Positions 18,875 through 29,479 of a stretch of DNA of 64,000 nt are shown here, one piece after another. The DNA is taken from positions 2,080,001 through 2,144,000 of the forward strand of contig CBDFLE010000005.1 of assembly GCA_965248925.1 (NCBI GenBank), in the 5' to 3' direction. A model generated the notes under the pieces. That model was not told the DNA's origin and searched no databases. It worked only from the letters and a program-made list of their open reading frames with translations. A program made the position numbers and the translations under genes. The DNA comes from Candidatus Multivoradales bacterium (GTDB lineage: Bacteria; Acidobacteriota; Thermoanaerobaculia; Multivoradales; J023). Within the stretch, counting starts at the first letter, position 1. The number at the start of each line of letters is the position of its first letter.

Positions 18875-19365
18875 ATTGCGTAATTGTACTCTCTCTGCGG
18901 CGCAGCTCTTGATGGCATCCTGCCAACGGGCAGAAATTACCCGTGGCGCCGAGCTGAGCGCAAAATCCATCCGGCGTGTTGTAAGAAGGGCGGGAAGAAC
19001 GGGGGACTAGCCGGTGAGGCCACCGCTGTGGGCAGAAAGCCCGGTGAGTTGCGTCGAGTACCCCTTCAGACCTTGGACTTCGGCTCGCCGGGAATCAGCT
19101 GGGAAGCTGCCCGCAAGCGGAGATCAGCACATCGACTTGTGCAGTCTGGCACAGGCTGGTCCTGAAAAGCAAGGGCGATTCCAACCTCCTCATTTGCCTA
19201 GTGATCGCCAGACCTGCCAGCGGCTAGATAAATAGCGTAAGTGCTGCCCTTGCCAGCCGGTACCAGCTGTGGATAATCAGCTACGAGGGCGACTAGTCAG
19301 CGGCAACCAACGGGAGATGGCGGCTCTGACCAACCAGCGACAACTACACCGGAGGAGAATCTCCC

Positions 19366-20925
19366 GTGCCGCATCAGGATCTGCTACCGAAGAACGGCCA
19401 AGTCCTTTTGAGCGAGCCGTCAGCGCCTACGCCACTCCCAACTCCTGACCAGCTCCGTTGGCTGCGCCTAGCCAGCCGACCGCTACTAGCCGAACTCGCC
19501 GCCAAGCACCCTACGGGCGACACTCAGACCGATCTGGTCCTGACCTACATCGAGCGCCGCCTATTCGAGCCTGACTTCACCATCGAAGCCGCCTTGCTCG
19601 CCAGCGGCGTCCGCTACAAAGACTTCCCAAGACAATTCAAGAAACGCCTCGGCCAGACCCCTGGCGTCCTCGTCGCCCAAATCCGCCTAGCCACCGCCGC
19701 CGAACTGCTCCGCACCTCGAACCTGAAAATCCACACCATCGCCAACCTGGTTGGCTACAAGACCTCCCAAGGCTTCCAACGCGCCTACTCCCGCCACCAG
19801 GGCGAGGCCCCGAAAGAAACCCGCAAGAACTCCACCCAGCCACGCAAGGCTGAGTCAGAGCACTCACCGATCACTATCCGTTTCTCAGACAAGAAATACA
19901 AGAACGTCGCTTGGAAAGTGGCTCAGGCCCTGTGGGATGAAGTGGAAGGGCTCGATTCCAAAGAGCAGGCGGCGCGGATGTTGGAGGATTTGAGTTGGGA
20001 TGGGGGGGAGCTGTTTGAAGTTGCCCGGATGCGTACTAAGGAGACCCGTGTTTACGAACCCATAAAGGGTGATCGAGCCGCAAGGCTGCTGATTCGACTA
20101 GCTGAAACAACTGGCGAGCTGGATCGAATGGCTTGCGCCTGGATAATCGCTTCCTTCGCAGAGCTGAACATGCGCGGGATCCGAGCGGCCAGTTCTTTCC
20201 TAGACCAAGCTGACCGATTCAACAGCCGCAACTCAATCACCCTCGCACATATCAGAGCAAACAGAGCCTACCTGCTCTTCCTTGGAGCAGAGAAAAAACA
20301 GGCTATTAGAAACCAAATGGAAATCATCCAGATATACTCTTCACCCACAAGAAAAAAAGAGTTCGAAAGGGCAATGCTCTTCTTAGCAATATATTACAGC
20401 TCGGTCAACTCAGAAGAAGCGGAAAGAATCTACTCGTGGCTTCTGGAGCGAAAGTCAGATCTCGAAGACGAAGTAAGAGTAGAGCTGCATGGGGTCATGG
20501 GTTCCAGGTTCGTTGATATTGCATTACCAGACTTGGCGCGGGATCACTTGCAACCCCTGGCGAACTACGAGATAGCCACGCGATCCCCCATACGAAAAGG
20601 TCAAATACTCATACTCAAGGGACGCATTCTGTCGCTTGAAGGCAAGCCTGATGCTGCATGGAAACTGATTTCTGAAGTCTCCAATCTCCTTGAGGCAATG
20701 AGTCCAATACACCAGGCTGAGCTGAGGCTTGATTGTGCAAGTATCGCAGCAGGAACAGGCCGTCTAGATGAATGCATGAGATTTGCGGAGACTGCCTACC
20801 GAGACAACAGGCACTTCGGAAAGAGAGCAGAAGCCGAGAAGGCACTGCAGCTAATTCAGAGCTCTGAAAAGCAGCTACTGTCCAGAAACATCTATCCAGT
20901 ACAGACCCAAAGCCGAGCAAGCTAG
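19366..20925 (+). CDS. AraC-family HTH protein with C-terminal TPR-like helical region
   Basis: 'FKKRLGQTP....QIRLATAAELLRTSNLKIHTIANLVGY.....FQRAY...GEAP' AraC HTH; GGAGGAG RBS; helical repeats in the C-terminal half. Confidence 0.75.
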   Translation: MPHQDLLPKNGQVLLSEPSAPTPLPTPDQLRWLRLASRPLLAELAAKHPTGDTQTDLVLTYIERRLFEPDFTIEAALLASGVRYKDFPRQFKKRLGQTPGVLVAQIRLATAAELLRTSNLKIHTIANLVGYKTSQGFQRAYSRHQGEAPKETRKNSTQPRKAESEHSPITIRFSDKKYKNVAWKVAQALWDEVEGLDSKEQAARMLEDLSWDGGELFEVARMRTKETRVYEPIKGDRAARLLIRLAETTGELDRMACAWIIASFAELNMRGIRAASSFLDQADRFNSRNSITLAHIRANRAYLLFLGAEKKQAIRNQMEIIQIYSSPTRKKEFERAMLFLAIYYSSVNSEEAERIYSWLLERKSDLEDEVRVELHGVMGSRFVDIALPDLARDHLQPLANYEIATRSPIRKGQILILKGRILSLEGKPDAAWKLISEVSNLLEAMSPIHQAELRLDCASIAAGTGRLDECMRFAETAYRDNRHFGKRAEAEKALQLIQSSEKQLLSRNIYPVQTQSRAS

Positions 20926-20960
20926 CAGATCCCAATGACACATTCTCAAGTTCTCTTCCT

Positions 20961-22391
20961 TCACAACCCAACCACCCTCCCACCCAACTCCCCTTCCAAG
21001 ACCCCCGCCAGACTCTGCCGCTCGTTGATCACCGTCACTTCCCCACCGTCGATCATCACTTCAGCCGGTCGGCCGTGGTCGTTGTAGTTGGAGGTGATCG
21101 ACATGCCGTAGGCACCGGCAGAAAACACCGCCAGCAGATCGCCACGCTCAATCGGCGGTAGCTCGCGGTCGCGGGCGAGAAAGTCGGAGGATTCGCAAAT
21201 CGGGCCGACGACTTCGCTGCGTCGCAGGCCGGGAAGATCTAGCTTTTCGGCACGCCGGGGCGGCAGGTGTTGGGGTTCTACCACCAGGGGCCAAACGAAG
21301 TGGAAGGCGCTGTAGAAGGCTGGCCGGATCAGAGTGTGCATGCCAGCATCGCAGATCACGAAGCGTTTGCTGCGGCCTTGTTTGAGGTGCTGCACTCGGG
21401 TCAGCAATACACCGGCATTGGCGACGATCGAGCGGCCGGGCTCAATCAGCAGGCGCACACCACGCTCAGCGGGGCCTTTGAGCAGGGGAGCCAAGGCTTC
21501 AGCGTAGGCAGTGAGGGGGGGTGCTTCACCTTCGGCGTAGTCGATCGGCCAACCACCGCCCAGATCGAGCACCGAGATCGTATGGCCCTCGCTTTCGAGC
21601 TGCTCGCTGAGATCGAGCAAGGCTTGGGTAGCGGCGATGAAGGGCTCGACTTCTTTCACCGGCGAACCGATGTGGACGTGCAGGCCGATCAGGTCAACCG
21701 CGCCGACCCCCGCGAAGCGCTCGAAGAGATGCAGGATCTGCTCCCGATCGATGCCGAATTTGTTTTCTTCTTTGCCGGTGGTGGTGAATTCGTGGGTGCG
21801 AGCGTCGACGTTGGGATTGAAACGCACGCAAACCCGCGCCACCACTGCCAACTCAGCAGCGATAGCAGCGATGCGCTCCAGCTCGCTCTCGGATTCGATG
21901 TTGAACATCCCCACCGAGCCGCGCTCGGCGGTACCGGTGATGCCAAAGCGCTCGGCTTCGTGCAACAGTGAGCTGTGGCGACCGTCGAGGGCGGCGCGTA
22001 TCTCAGCGTCGCGTTTGCCAACCCCGGCAAAGCAAATGTCGGCCATCGGTGTGCCGGCCAACCAGGCGCGCTCTAACTCACCCCCCGAAACCACATCCAT
22101 GCCCGCCCCCAGCTGGCGCAGCAGGCGACAAACATGCAAGTTGGCGCACGCCTTGACCGCGTAGTGCGGATGGGCGCCCAGCGGTGCGAAGGCGCTGCGC
22201 ACCCGCTCGTAGGCGGCCCGCAGGCCATCCGCTGAGTAGACATAAGTCGGCGTTCCGACCGCCGCCGCAACCTCGCTGAGGTCGACCTCACCGGCCATCA
22301 GGCATCCGTCGCGATAGGCGAAACCATCGAGCCCAAGACTGACATCGGCTCTAGGGTGGTGTCCTAGCTGCTGGCCAACTGCCTGGCTCAT
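20961..22391 (-). CDS. lysA: Diaminopimelate decarboxylase
   Basis: 'GTPTYVYS', 'YAVKAC' (PLP Lys), 'DVVSGGEL', 'KFGI', 'HVHIGS', 'DLGGG', 'IEPGRSIV', 'GPICESSD', 'GAYG...SNYN'. Confidence 0.95.
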   Translation of the reverse strand: MSQAVGQQLGHHPRADVSLGLDGFAYRDGCLMAGEVDLSEVAAAVGTPTYVYSADGLRAAYERVRSAFAPLGAHPHYAVKACANLHVCRLLRQLGAGMDVVSGGELERAWLAGTPMADICFAGVGKRDAEIRAALDGRHSSLLHEAERFGITGTAERGSVGMFNIESESELERIAAIAAELAVVARVCVRFNPNVDARTHEFTTTGKEENKFGIDREQILHLFERFAGVGAVDLIGLHVHIGSPVKEVEPFIAATQALLDLSEQLESEGHTISVLDLGGGWPIDYAEGEAPPLTAYAEALAPLLKGPAERGVRLLIEPGRSIVANAGVLLTRVQHLKQGRSKRFVICDAGMHTLIRPAFYSAFHFVWPLVVEPQHLPPRRAEKLDLPGLRRSEVVGPICESSDFLARDRELPPIERGDLLAVFSAGAYGMSITSNYNDHGRPAEVMIDGGEVTVINERQSLAGVLEGELGGRVVGL

Positions 22392-23893
22392 GGTGAGCCC
22401 TCCCGCGCCGTGGTGCTTTGGACTGGATCGGAGTTCTGAGGATAGAGATAGTCGTAGCGTCGCCGAATGCGCTCGACCCGACCTTCGGCATCGAGTTCGA
22501 ACACCACTAACTCACCATCGGACAAGCGGAAGGTGTGCTCGGCTACCGGCTGTAGCCGGCTGAGACTGCCTGCGGCAGTGGCTTCCGGCGGATACGAATG
22601 CTCGTATAACATCAGCTGCCCACCCCTTACCAGCACCCGGTATTGCCAGGCCCAGGGATCGGCATAGGTGCCAACGTAGGCTTGCCAGGCGGGATCGGCT
22701 ACCTGCGGCGGCGCTGGTTTGGCAGTGGCCTCGGCAACCGCCGCCGCCAGTTGATCGAAAATCTGATAGCCAAAGAAGCTCGGGCTGCCATCATCGGCAT
22801 TGATCATCACGATCACCGCCAACTGCTCTTTGGGCGAGAGCAGGAAGAGGGTGCGATTGCCACCGATCCAACCGCCGTGCAGAGCCAGCGTCTTACCCTG
22901 ACGATGACTGACCGAGAAGCCCAGCCCACGGCCTCCGCTCCAATCCTCGCCCACCCAATGGGGGCGCTGCATCTCCCGCGCCGTCGGCGAACGCAGGATC
23001 TCATCGCCAGCAGCCAGTTGGCCGAGGTGCAGGGCGGCGAATCGGGCCAGATCTTCCACCGTCGACACCACGTTGGCGGCTGGCGCCAGGGCGCCGGTGT
23101 CGTAGTAGTCGAAGATTCCCCGACTGCCATCGGCCAAGCGACGCATGTAGGGCACCGCCCGCTGGGCCAACAACTTCTCGCCGGGGGCGCCACTAGAGTT
23201 ACTCATTTGCAGAGGCTCGAAGATATGCCGCCGCAAATACTCGGCCCAACTCTCTCCCGACACCGCGGCCACCACTTCGCCGAGCAAAGCCATGCCGAGA
23301 TTGGAGTACTTGTAGCGGGTCGCCGGTGGGTAGATAGCCGGCTGGCTGCCGAGGGCGCTGCGCAACTGCTCGGAAGTCGGAAAAAGATGGTCGGTCCAAT
23401 AGGGAAAGGCCGCCTCGCGAGGCAAGCCGCCAGTGTGGGTGAGCAGCTGGCGCAGGGTGACCGGCCCCTGCTCACCCGGCGGATCCTTGAGCCCGAACCA
23501 CGGCAGATGGCGGACCACCGGATCCTCAAGCGCCAACTTGCCCTGATCGCGCAGCTGCAAGATAGCAGTGGCGGTGAATAACTTAGACACCGAGCCGATG
23601 CGGTAGACCGTCGCGGCATCCGCCGCCTTGGGCTCGACGCCTTCTCCACCCCGGTCGCTAAATCCCCAACCCCGCGACCAGATCAACTGGCTGCCATAGA
23701 CAACACCAGCCGAGATTCCAGGAAGATCGCGCGCTTGGCGCTGCTCCTCCACCCACAGATCGAGCAAAGAAATCGCATCTTCCACCGCCGGGTGCTCGGC
23801 GATTGAGTCGCTGGTGGCCAGCGGCGAGGGAGCGGCCAGAATCGGCGAGACGAGCAAAAGGGCAAGCCCAAACGTAGGCGTGATCCGGAACAA
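22388..23893 (-). CDS. Secreted serine hydrolase, beta-lactamase/AmpC-like family
   Basis: GAGGAGG RBS then TTG at 23893; signal peptide; 'YRIGSVSK' (SxxK), 'LLTHTGGL', 'YKYSNLG', 'HGGWIGG'; 4-bp overlap with lysA. Confidence 0.9.
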   Translation of the reverse strand: MFRITPTFGLALLLVSPILAAPSPLATSDSIAEHPAVEDAISLLDLWVEEQRQARDLPGISAGVVYGSQLIWSRGWGFSDRGGEGVEPKAADAATVYRIGSVSKLFTATAILQLRDQGKLALEDPVVRHLPWFGLKDPPGEQGPVTLRQLLTHTGGLPREAAFPYWTDHLFPTSEQLRSALGSQPAIYPPATRYKYSNLGMALLGEVVAAVSGESWAEYLRRHIFEPLQMSNSSGAPGEKLLAQRAVPYMRRLADGSRGIFDYYDTGALAPAANVVSTVEDLARFAALHLGQLAAGDEILRSPTAREMQRPHWVGEDWSGGRGLGFSVSHRQGKTLALHGGWIGGNRTLFLLSPKEQLAVIVMINADDGSPSFFGYQIFDQLAAAVAEATAKPAPPQVADPAWQAYVGTYADPWAWQYRVLVRGGQLMLYEHSYPPEATAAGSLSRLQPVAEHTFRLSDGELVVFELDAEGRVERIRRRYDYLYPQNSDPVQSTTAREGSP

Positions 23894-24146
23894 AACGGCT
23901 CCTCCTCGGGGCGGTGGTCTTCGAGATGGCAGTCTTCGGGACGGCAGTCGGATCGGGCGACAGTATATGAACCACGAGCCGCTCGGCGAATGAGTCATGT
24001 TGCCAAATTGACAGGGAAACAGGCCGAACGTTGGACACCGCTGGACGGTTGCCGCATGCTGCACACACCACCTGCGAACCGACCCTCTCAGGCGCCCGGT
24101 TTGCCGTGGTGTACACTGCGCCGATCCTCCAATTACAGCGACGAAA

Positions 24147-25934
24147 ATGCAATTAGCAACCCTCGACTGGCTGGTTCTTGCCACCTTCCTGATTTTCTCG
24201 CTCGGGGTGGGCATCGCTCTCGCTCGCCGAGCGGGTTCTAGCTCGAAAGAGTTCTTTCTTGCCGGCCGCAACATGCCCTGGTGGCTGCTCGGCATCTCGA
24301 TGGTGGCCACCACCTTCTCGACCGACACGCCTAATCTGGTGGCCGACATCGTGCGCCAGCAGGGAGTCGCTGGCAATTGGGTGTGGTGGGCTTTCCTGCT
24401 CACCGGCATGCTGACCACCTTCGTCTACGCCCGGCTGTGGCGACGCTCAGGGGTGGAGACCGATGTCGGTTTCTACGAGCTGCGTTACTCGGGCCGGCTG
24501 GCGGCTTTTCTGCGCGGTTTCCGGGCGGTCTACCTGGGAGCCTTCTTCAACGTCGTGATCATGGCCTCGGTGACTCTGGCGGCGATCAAGATCGGCGGCG
24601 TTCTGCTCGGCATAGACCCGCTGACCACGGTGCTGGTGGCCGGCTCGCTGACCGTGATCTACTCGATGCTCGGTGGCCTCACCGGGGTGCTGATCACCGA
24701 CTTCGTGCAGTTTATCGTCGCCATGGCGGGTTCGCTGGCGGCGGCCTATTACGCCTTATCGCGGCCCGAGGTGGGTGGCCTGTCGGGTCTGCTGAGTCAT
24801 CCCCAGGTACGGGAAAAACTATCCCTGGTGCCGGACTTTTCAGATCCGTCGCTGGTCTTGACCCTGCTGGTGATTCCCCTGGCGGTGCAGTGGTGGAGCG
24901 TTTGGTATCCCGGCGCCGAGCCCGGTGGCGGCGGTTATATTGCCCAGCGCATGCTGGCGGCGCGCAGCGAGGGGCACGCCCAGGGTGCGACGCTGCTGTT
25001 TAATGTTGCCCACTACGCACTGCGACCGTGGCCTTGGATTCTGGTGGCGCTGGCCTCTCTGATCGTTTTCCCGGATTTGCAATCACTCGCCGTCGCCTTC
25101 CCGCAGATCGATCCCGAGGTCTTGGGCCACGACCTGGCCTACCCGGCGATGCTCAGCTTCCTGCCGACCGGCCTTCTCGGCCTGGTGGTGGCTTCGCTCG
25201 CCGCCGCCTACATGTCGACCATCTCCAGCCATCTGAATTGGGGCGCTTCGTATTTGGTCCACGACGTTTACCGCCGCTTTGTCGACCCCGAGGCCGAAGA
25301 TGGGCGATTGGTGATCGTCGGTCGGCTGGCGACGGTGTTGCTGATGGTCTTGGCCGGCTTGTTGGCGCTAGCACTTAGTAACGCGCTGGCCGCCTTTCAG
25401 CTGTTATTGCAGATCGGCGCCGGCACCGGCTTGCTGTTTATCTTGCGCTGGTTCTGGTGGCGCATCAACGCCGCTTCTGAACTCACCGCGATGACGGTGT
25501 CGTTCGCAGTCGCGGCGTGGTTCCAATTCGGCCATGCCCGGTGCTTCGGCGAACGCCTCGAGGGTTGGCAAGAACTGGTCCTCGGCGTGGCCATCACCAC
25601 CACCGCCTGGCTCAGCGTCGCCATCTTCGGCCCAGCGACCGACGAAGCGACGCTGCGCAGCTTCTATCGCCAACTGCGCCCCGGCGGCATCGGCTGGCGT
25701 CGTCTGCGCCAGCGCGCCGCCGCCGACGGCGAACCGCTGCCGACCGCCATCTCGGGCCTTTCGCGAGGTATCGCTGGCATGCTGCTGGGCTCGGCAGCGG
25801 TCTACGCCATCCTCTTCGCCACCGGCCTGCTGCTCTATGGCCACACCGCTGGCGGGCTGGCTCTAGCCCTGCTGGCTCTGCTGGCCAGCGGCGGCATTTA
25901 TTCTCTGTGGCAAGGAACTGAAGATGAACTCTAG
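24147..25934 (+). CDS. Sodium:solute symporter family protein
   Basis: 'FFLAGRNMPWWLLGISMVATTFSTDTP', 'GGLTGVLITDFVQF', 'YIAQRMLAA', 'AAYMSTISSHLNWGASY'; many TM helices. Confidence 0.93.
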   Translation: MQLATLDWLVLATFLIFSLGVGIALARRAGSSSKEFFLAGRNMPWWLLGISMVATTFSTDTPNLVADIVRQQGVAGNWVWWAFLLTGMLTTFVYARLWRRSGVETDVGFYELRYSGRLAAFLRGFRAVYLGAFFNVVIMASVTLAAIKIGGVLLGIDPLTTVLVAGSLTVIYSMLGGLTGVLITDFVQFIVAMAGSLAAAYYALSRPEVGGLSGLLSHPQVREKLSLVPDFSDPSLVLTLLVIPLAVQWWSVWYPGAEPGGGGYIAQRMLAARSEGHAQGATLLFNVAHYALRPWPWILVALASLIVFPDLQSLAVAFPQIDPEVLGHDLAYPAMLSFLPTGLLGLVVASLAAAYMSTISSHLNWGASYLVHDVYRRFVDPEAEDGRLVIVGRLATVLLMVLAGLLALALSNALAAFQLLLQIGAGTGLLFILRWFWWRINAASELTAMTVSFAVAAWFQFGHARCFGERLEGWQELVLGVAITTTAWLSVAIFGPATDEATLRSFYRQLRPGGIGWRRLRQRAAADGEPLPTAISGLSRGIAGMLLGSAAVYAILFATGLLLYGHTAGGLALALLALLASGGIYSLWQGTEDEL

Positions 25935-28794
25935 CCTCCATCAGCGGCTGCTCTGGTCGGCACTGGTCCTGGCCTTGCTCAACCCCTCGAACCTAACTTT
26001 CGCCACCTCTCCCCCAGTCGAGTCCCTGTCGACCGCTGATCAGCAGTGGGTGGACTCCAGCCTGGCTGCGCTGAGCTTGGAACAGAAGGCAGCGCAGATG
26101 GTGATGGTGCGGATCTACGGCCGCTATCACCATCCCGAGTCGAGCACCTTTCGCCGCTTGGAACAGCAGGTTCGCGAACTCGGAGTCGGCGGCGTGGTGC
26201 TCTTCGACTCGGATTTGCAGACCGTGCCGCGCTTACTCGACCACTTGCAAGGCCAAGCCGCGCTGCCGCTGTTGGTGGCGGCGGATTTCGAACGCGGGAT
26301 CAACATGCGCATCCGCCGCGGCGCGGTGGAGATGCCCTGGGCGATGGCCATCGGCGCCAGTCGCTCCACCGCGGCGGCCCGCTTTCTCGGCGAGATCACC
26401 GCCCGCGAAGGCCGCGCCCTGGGGGTTCATTGGGCTTTCGCACCGGTGGTCGATGTCAACAACAACCCGGCCAACCCGGTAATCAACCTGCGTTCGTTTG
26501 GCGAACAGCCCGAGTTGGTCGGCGAGCTGGCGACGGCCTTCATCGCCGGTGCCCGCGGCCAAGGCTTGCAACACGGCGGAATGATGACCACCGCCAAGCA
26601 TTTTCCCGGCCATGGCGACACCGCGGTCGACAGCCACCTCGGGCTACCGACCCTAGACTTCGATTTCGAACGCCTCGAACAGATCGAGCTGCGCCCCTTT
26701 CGCCAGACCATCGCCGCCGGCGTCGACGCGGTGATGGTTGGCCACATCGCGGTGCCAGCGATCGATCCAAGCGGCGACCCAGCTACCCTCTCGCCGCTGC
26801 TCACTCATCGGCTCTTGCGTCAGCGGCTGGGGTTCGAGGGCCTGATAGTCACCGACGCCATGGGGATGGAAGGAGTGGCCGCGACCTGGTTCGGCGCCGC
26901 CGCGGTGCGCGCTGTCGCGGCCGGCACCGATGTCGTGCTGATGCCCCCCGATCCGCGCATCGCCATCCAATCGCTAGCGCGAGCAGTGGCCGAGGGGCAA
27001 CTCACCGAAGAGCGCCTCGACCACTCAGTCCGCCGCCTGCTGGAAGCTAAAGCGCGGCTCGGGCTGCACCGGCAGCGCCTGGTTGGCAACAAGGCCGTCG
27101 AGCAACAAGTCGCCCGACCCGCAGACAGCGCCCGCGCGCTGGCCATCGCCCAACGTTCGATCACTGTGCTGCGCGACGCCGACAAACACCTACCGCTGCA
27201 CGCTGAAAGCGATCCAAATCTGCTGTTGATCGAAATCGAGCAAGGCTTGCGCAGCAGCTCGCGGCTGGCGACGCAGCTCGACCGGCGCAAGATCGCCTAC
27301 CGCCGCTGGCAGCTGGGGCCGGAAATCTCGCCCCAGACCCTCGACAAGATCATCAAGAGCGCCGACGAACACAGTCATATACTGCTGGCGGCGTTCATTC
27401 GCCCCCGTGCCGACGGTGTCGACCTATCGCCCAGCCAACTCGATCTGGCGCAGCGCTTGGCGGCCCTGGACAAGCCACTGCTGATGGTCTCCCTCGGCAG
27501 TCCTTATTTGCTCGCCCAGGTGCCGGGAGTCGACACCTACTTCTGTGCTTGGGGCAGCGACGCCTCCAGCCAGGCAGCAGCTATCGGCGCGCTGTTTGGC
27601 GAGTTCGACATCGGCGGCCAGCTCCCGGTGTCGTTACCTGGACTGTACGACTTTGGCCACGGCCTGAGGATTCCCCGTCACCCGATGTCGCTCGAAAGAA
27701 CCAGCGCCGCTGCAGCCGGTTTCCGCACCGCCGGCTTGGCCAAAGTCGAACAGTTGCTCGATGGTTTCGTCAGCGACGGCGCCTTTCCCGGCGGCATCGT
27801 GGCCGTGGGTCACCGCGGCAAGCTTGCCCTGCTGCACCCCTTCGGCAAGCTGTCCTACGCCGCCGACGCGGCAGCAGTGACTCACGAGACCCTCTACGAC
27901 CTCGCCAGCCTGACCAAGGTCATCGCCACCACCACCATGGCGATGATCCTGGTCGATGAGAAACGCCTCGACCTCGACGCCAGGGTCGATAGCTTCCTGC
28001 CCTTATTTCGCGGCGCCGGCAAAGAACAGGTCACCCTCCGCCATCTGCTGACTCACTCTTCAGGGTTGGATTGGTGGGCGCCGCTGTTCGAAACTCTTTC
28101 CGGACAGCTGGCCTACATCGAGCACATCCAGGCGATGGAGCTGGTCTATGCGCCCGGCAGCGACACCAAGTACAGCGACCTCGGCATCATCCTGCTCGGC
28201 GAGATCCTCGAGCGAGTTGCTGGAGAATCGCTGGAGCACTTCTTCGAACAGCGGATCGCCGCTCCCTTGGGGATGACCGAGACCCTTTTCCGCCCCGGCC
28301 CAGAGCTCTTGCAACGCATCGCACCGACGGAGCACGACTCTGGACGCGGCCGCCTGCTGCGCGGCGAAGTCCACGACGAAAACGCCTTTGCCCTGGGCGG
28401 CGTAGCTCCCCACGCCGGCCTGTTCGCCACCGCCGGAGACCTGGCCCGATTCGTCCAAATGCTGGTCAATGGCGGCGTCTTCGAGCATCGACGGATCATT
28501 TCGCGGTCGACCCTCGACCTGTTCACCCACCGCGCCAATCTGGTCGCAGGCTCCGACCGCGCCATTGGCTGGGACACCAAGTCGGCGGAAAAGAGCTCCG
28601 CTGGCGACTTCTTCGCGGCCAGCTCCTACGGCCACACCGGCTTTACCGGCACTTCGATCTGGATCGATCCCGAGCGCCGGTTGTTCCTGATCCTGCTGAC
28701 CAATCGAGTGCATCCAACGCGGGAAAACAACCAGATCCGCAAAGTCCGGCCGGCACTCGCCAACGCGGTGATGCAAGCTCTTGCTGATCCCTGA
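25924..28794 (+). CDS. GH3 beta-N-acetylglucosaminidase fused to a beta-lactamase-like serine hydrolase
   Basis: Signal peptide; 'APVVDVNNNPANPVINLRSFGE', 'KHFPGHGDTAVDSH' (NagZ-type motif); C-terminal 'YDLASLTK', 'YSDLG', 'GHTGFTGTSIWIDP'. Confidence 0.93.
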   Translation: MNSSLHQRLLWSALVLALLNPSNLTFATSPPVESLSTADQQWVDSSLAALSLEQKAAQMVMVRIYGRYHHPESSTFRRLEQQVRELGVGGVVLFDSDLQTVPRLLDHLQGQAALPLLVAADFERGINMRIRRGAVEMPWAMAIGASRSTAAARFLGEITAREGRALGVHWAFAPVVDVNNNPANPVINLRSFGEQPELVGELATAFIAGARGQGLQHGGMMTTAKHFPGHGDTAVDSHLGLPTLDFDFERLEQIELRPFRQTIAAGVDAVMVGHIAVPAIDPSGDPATLSPLLTHRLLRQRLGFEGLIVTDAMGMEGVAATWFGAAAVRAVAAGTDVVLMPPDPRIAIQSLARAVAEGQLTEERLDHSVRRLLEAKARLGLHRQRLVGNKAVEQQVARPADSARALAIAQRSITVLRDADKHLPLHAESDPNLLLIEIEQGLRSSSRLATQLDRRKIAYRRWQLGPEISPQTLDKIIKSADEHSHILLAAFIRPRADGVDLSPSQLDLAQRLAALDKPLLMVSLGSPYLLAQVPGVDTYFCAWGSDASSQAAAIGALFGEFDIGGQLPVSLPGLYDFGHGLRIPRHPMSLERTSAAAAGFRTAGLAKVEQLLDGFVSDGAFPGGIVAVGHRGKLALLHPFGKLSYAADAAAVTHETLYDLASLTKVIATTTMAMILVDEKRLDLDARVDSFLPLFRGAGKEQVTLRHLLTHSSGLDWWAPLFETLSGQLAYIEHIQAMELVYAPGSDTKYSDLGIILLGEILERVAGESLEHFFEQRIAAPLGMTETLFRPGPELLQRIAPTEHDSGRGRLLRGEVHDENAFALGGVAPHAGLFATAGDLARFVQMLVNGGVFEHRRIISRSTLDLFTHRANLVAGSDRAIGWDTKSAEKSSAGDFFAASSYGHTGFTGTSIWIDPERRLFLILLTNRVHPTRENNQIRKVRPALANAVMQALADP

Positions 28795-29016
28795 ACTCAT
28801 GAGCCCACAAACTCGTACGGCACCTTGACCAACTGAGACACCCTCGGAGCTGGCAGTACCTCACTGCGGAGAGTGTCTACTTCCAGACCTCCCCATCCAA
28901 GAGTTCTCTGTGGTAGAAAGATATTCTCCACCAAAGAAGATTTCTGTGAGACTATGAACTCAAGAGATGGGATATAGATTCGAATTTTTCGATCAATTCG
29001 ATCAAGGAGGACGAGA

Positions 29017-29451
29017 ATGGGATTGCCCTTATCCCACAAACCCATGACCGGAGCGCACATCCGCCAGACTGTGCGCCAGATTGCCGCCCAGCTCACCGGC
29101 GCCAACCTCCGCCTACACCATCCCACCATCGAGAAACTAGCCGAGAACATGCCCGATGAAGAGGCACCGCTTGAAGACCTTGCCGGGGTCGTTCTAGCCG
29201 GGGTTAATCACTGCTATCTCAAACATGCCAACAGGGTCCTGTGGTTTCTAGATCTCGCGCTCGACGGCAATAAAAAAGGCAGCGATCATGCCGAGCAAAT
29301 GCTCCGAGCCCTGGCTAAGAATCCGACATCGGCACCACCCAAAAACCAAGAGATTCCAGCCAGTGAAGGCCAAGCCAGCTTCACCCTGGCCGAGATCCAA
29401 CGCGTTCTCGGCGACCCCAAGGACTTCTGGCGTACCGACAACAGCAACTGA
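29017..29451 (+). CDS. Hypothetical protein
   Basis: AGGAGG RBS upstream; 144-aa ORF with no recognised motif. Confidence 0.5.
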   Translation: MGLPLSHKPMTGAHIRQTVRQIAAQLTGANLRLHHPTIEKLAENMPDEEAPLEDLAGVVLAGVNHCYLKHANRVLWFLDLALDGNKKGSDHAEQMLRALAKNPTSAPPKNQEIPASEGQASFTLAEIQRVLGDPKDFWRTDNSN

Positions 29452-29479
29452 CCGGCTGAGGTGCTCCCCGGATTCTGTA

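Noticed and set aside
23894-24418. 175-aa N-terminal extension of the serine hydrolase
   Set aside because: Overlaps the symporter gene antisense; a strong RBS and signal peptide start at 23893
22388-28794. Beta-lactam resistance genes
   Set aside because: SxxK/YxN family membership alone does not imply resistance; the context points to cell-wall turnover
28797-29150. Minus-strand 117-aa ORF in a lower-GC stretch
   Set aside because: Overlaps the 29017 ORF, which has a better RBS; no recognisable motif
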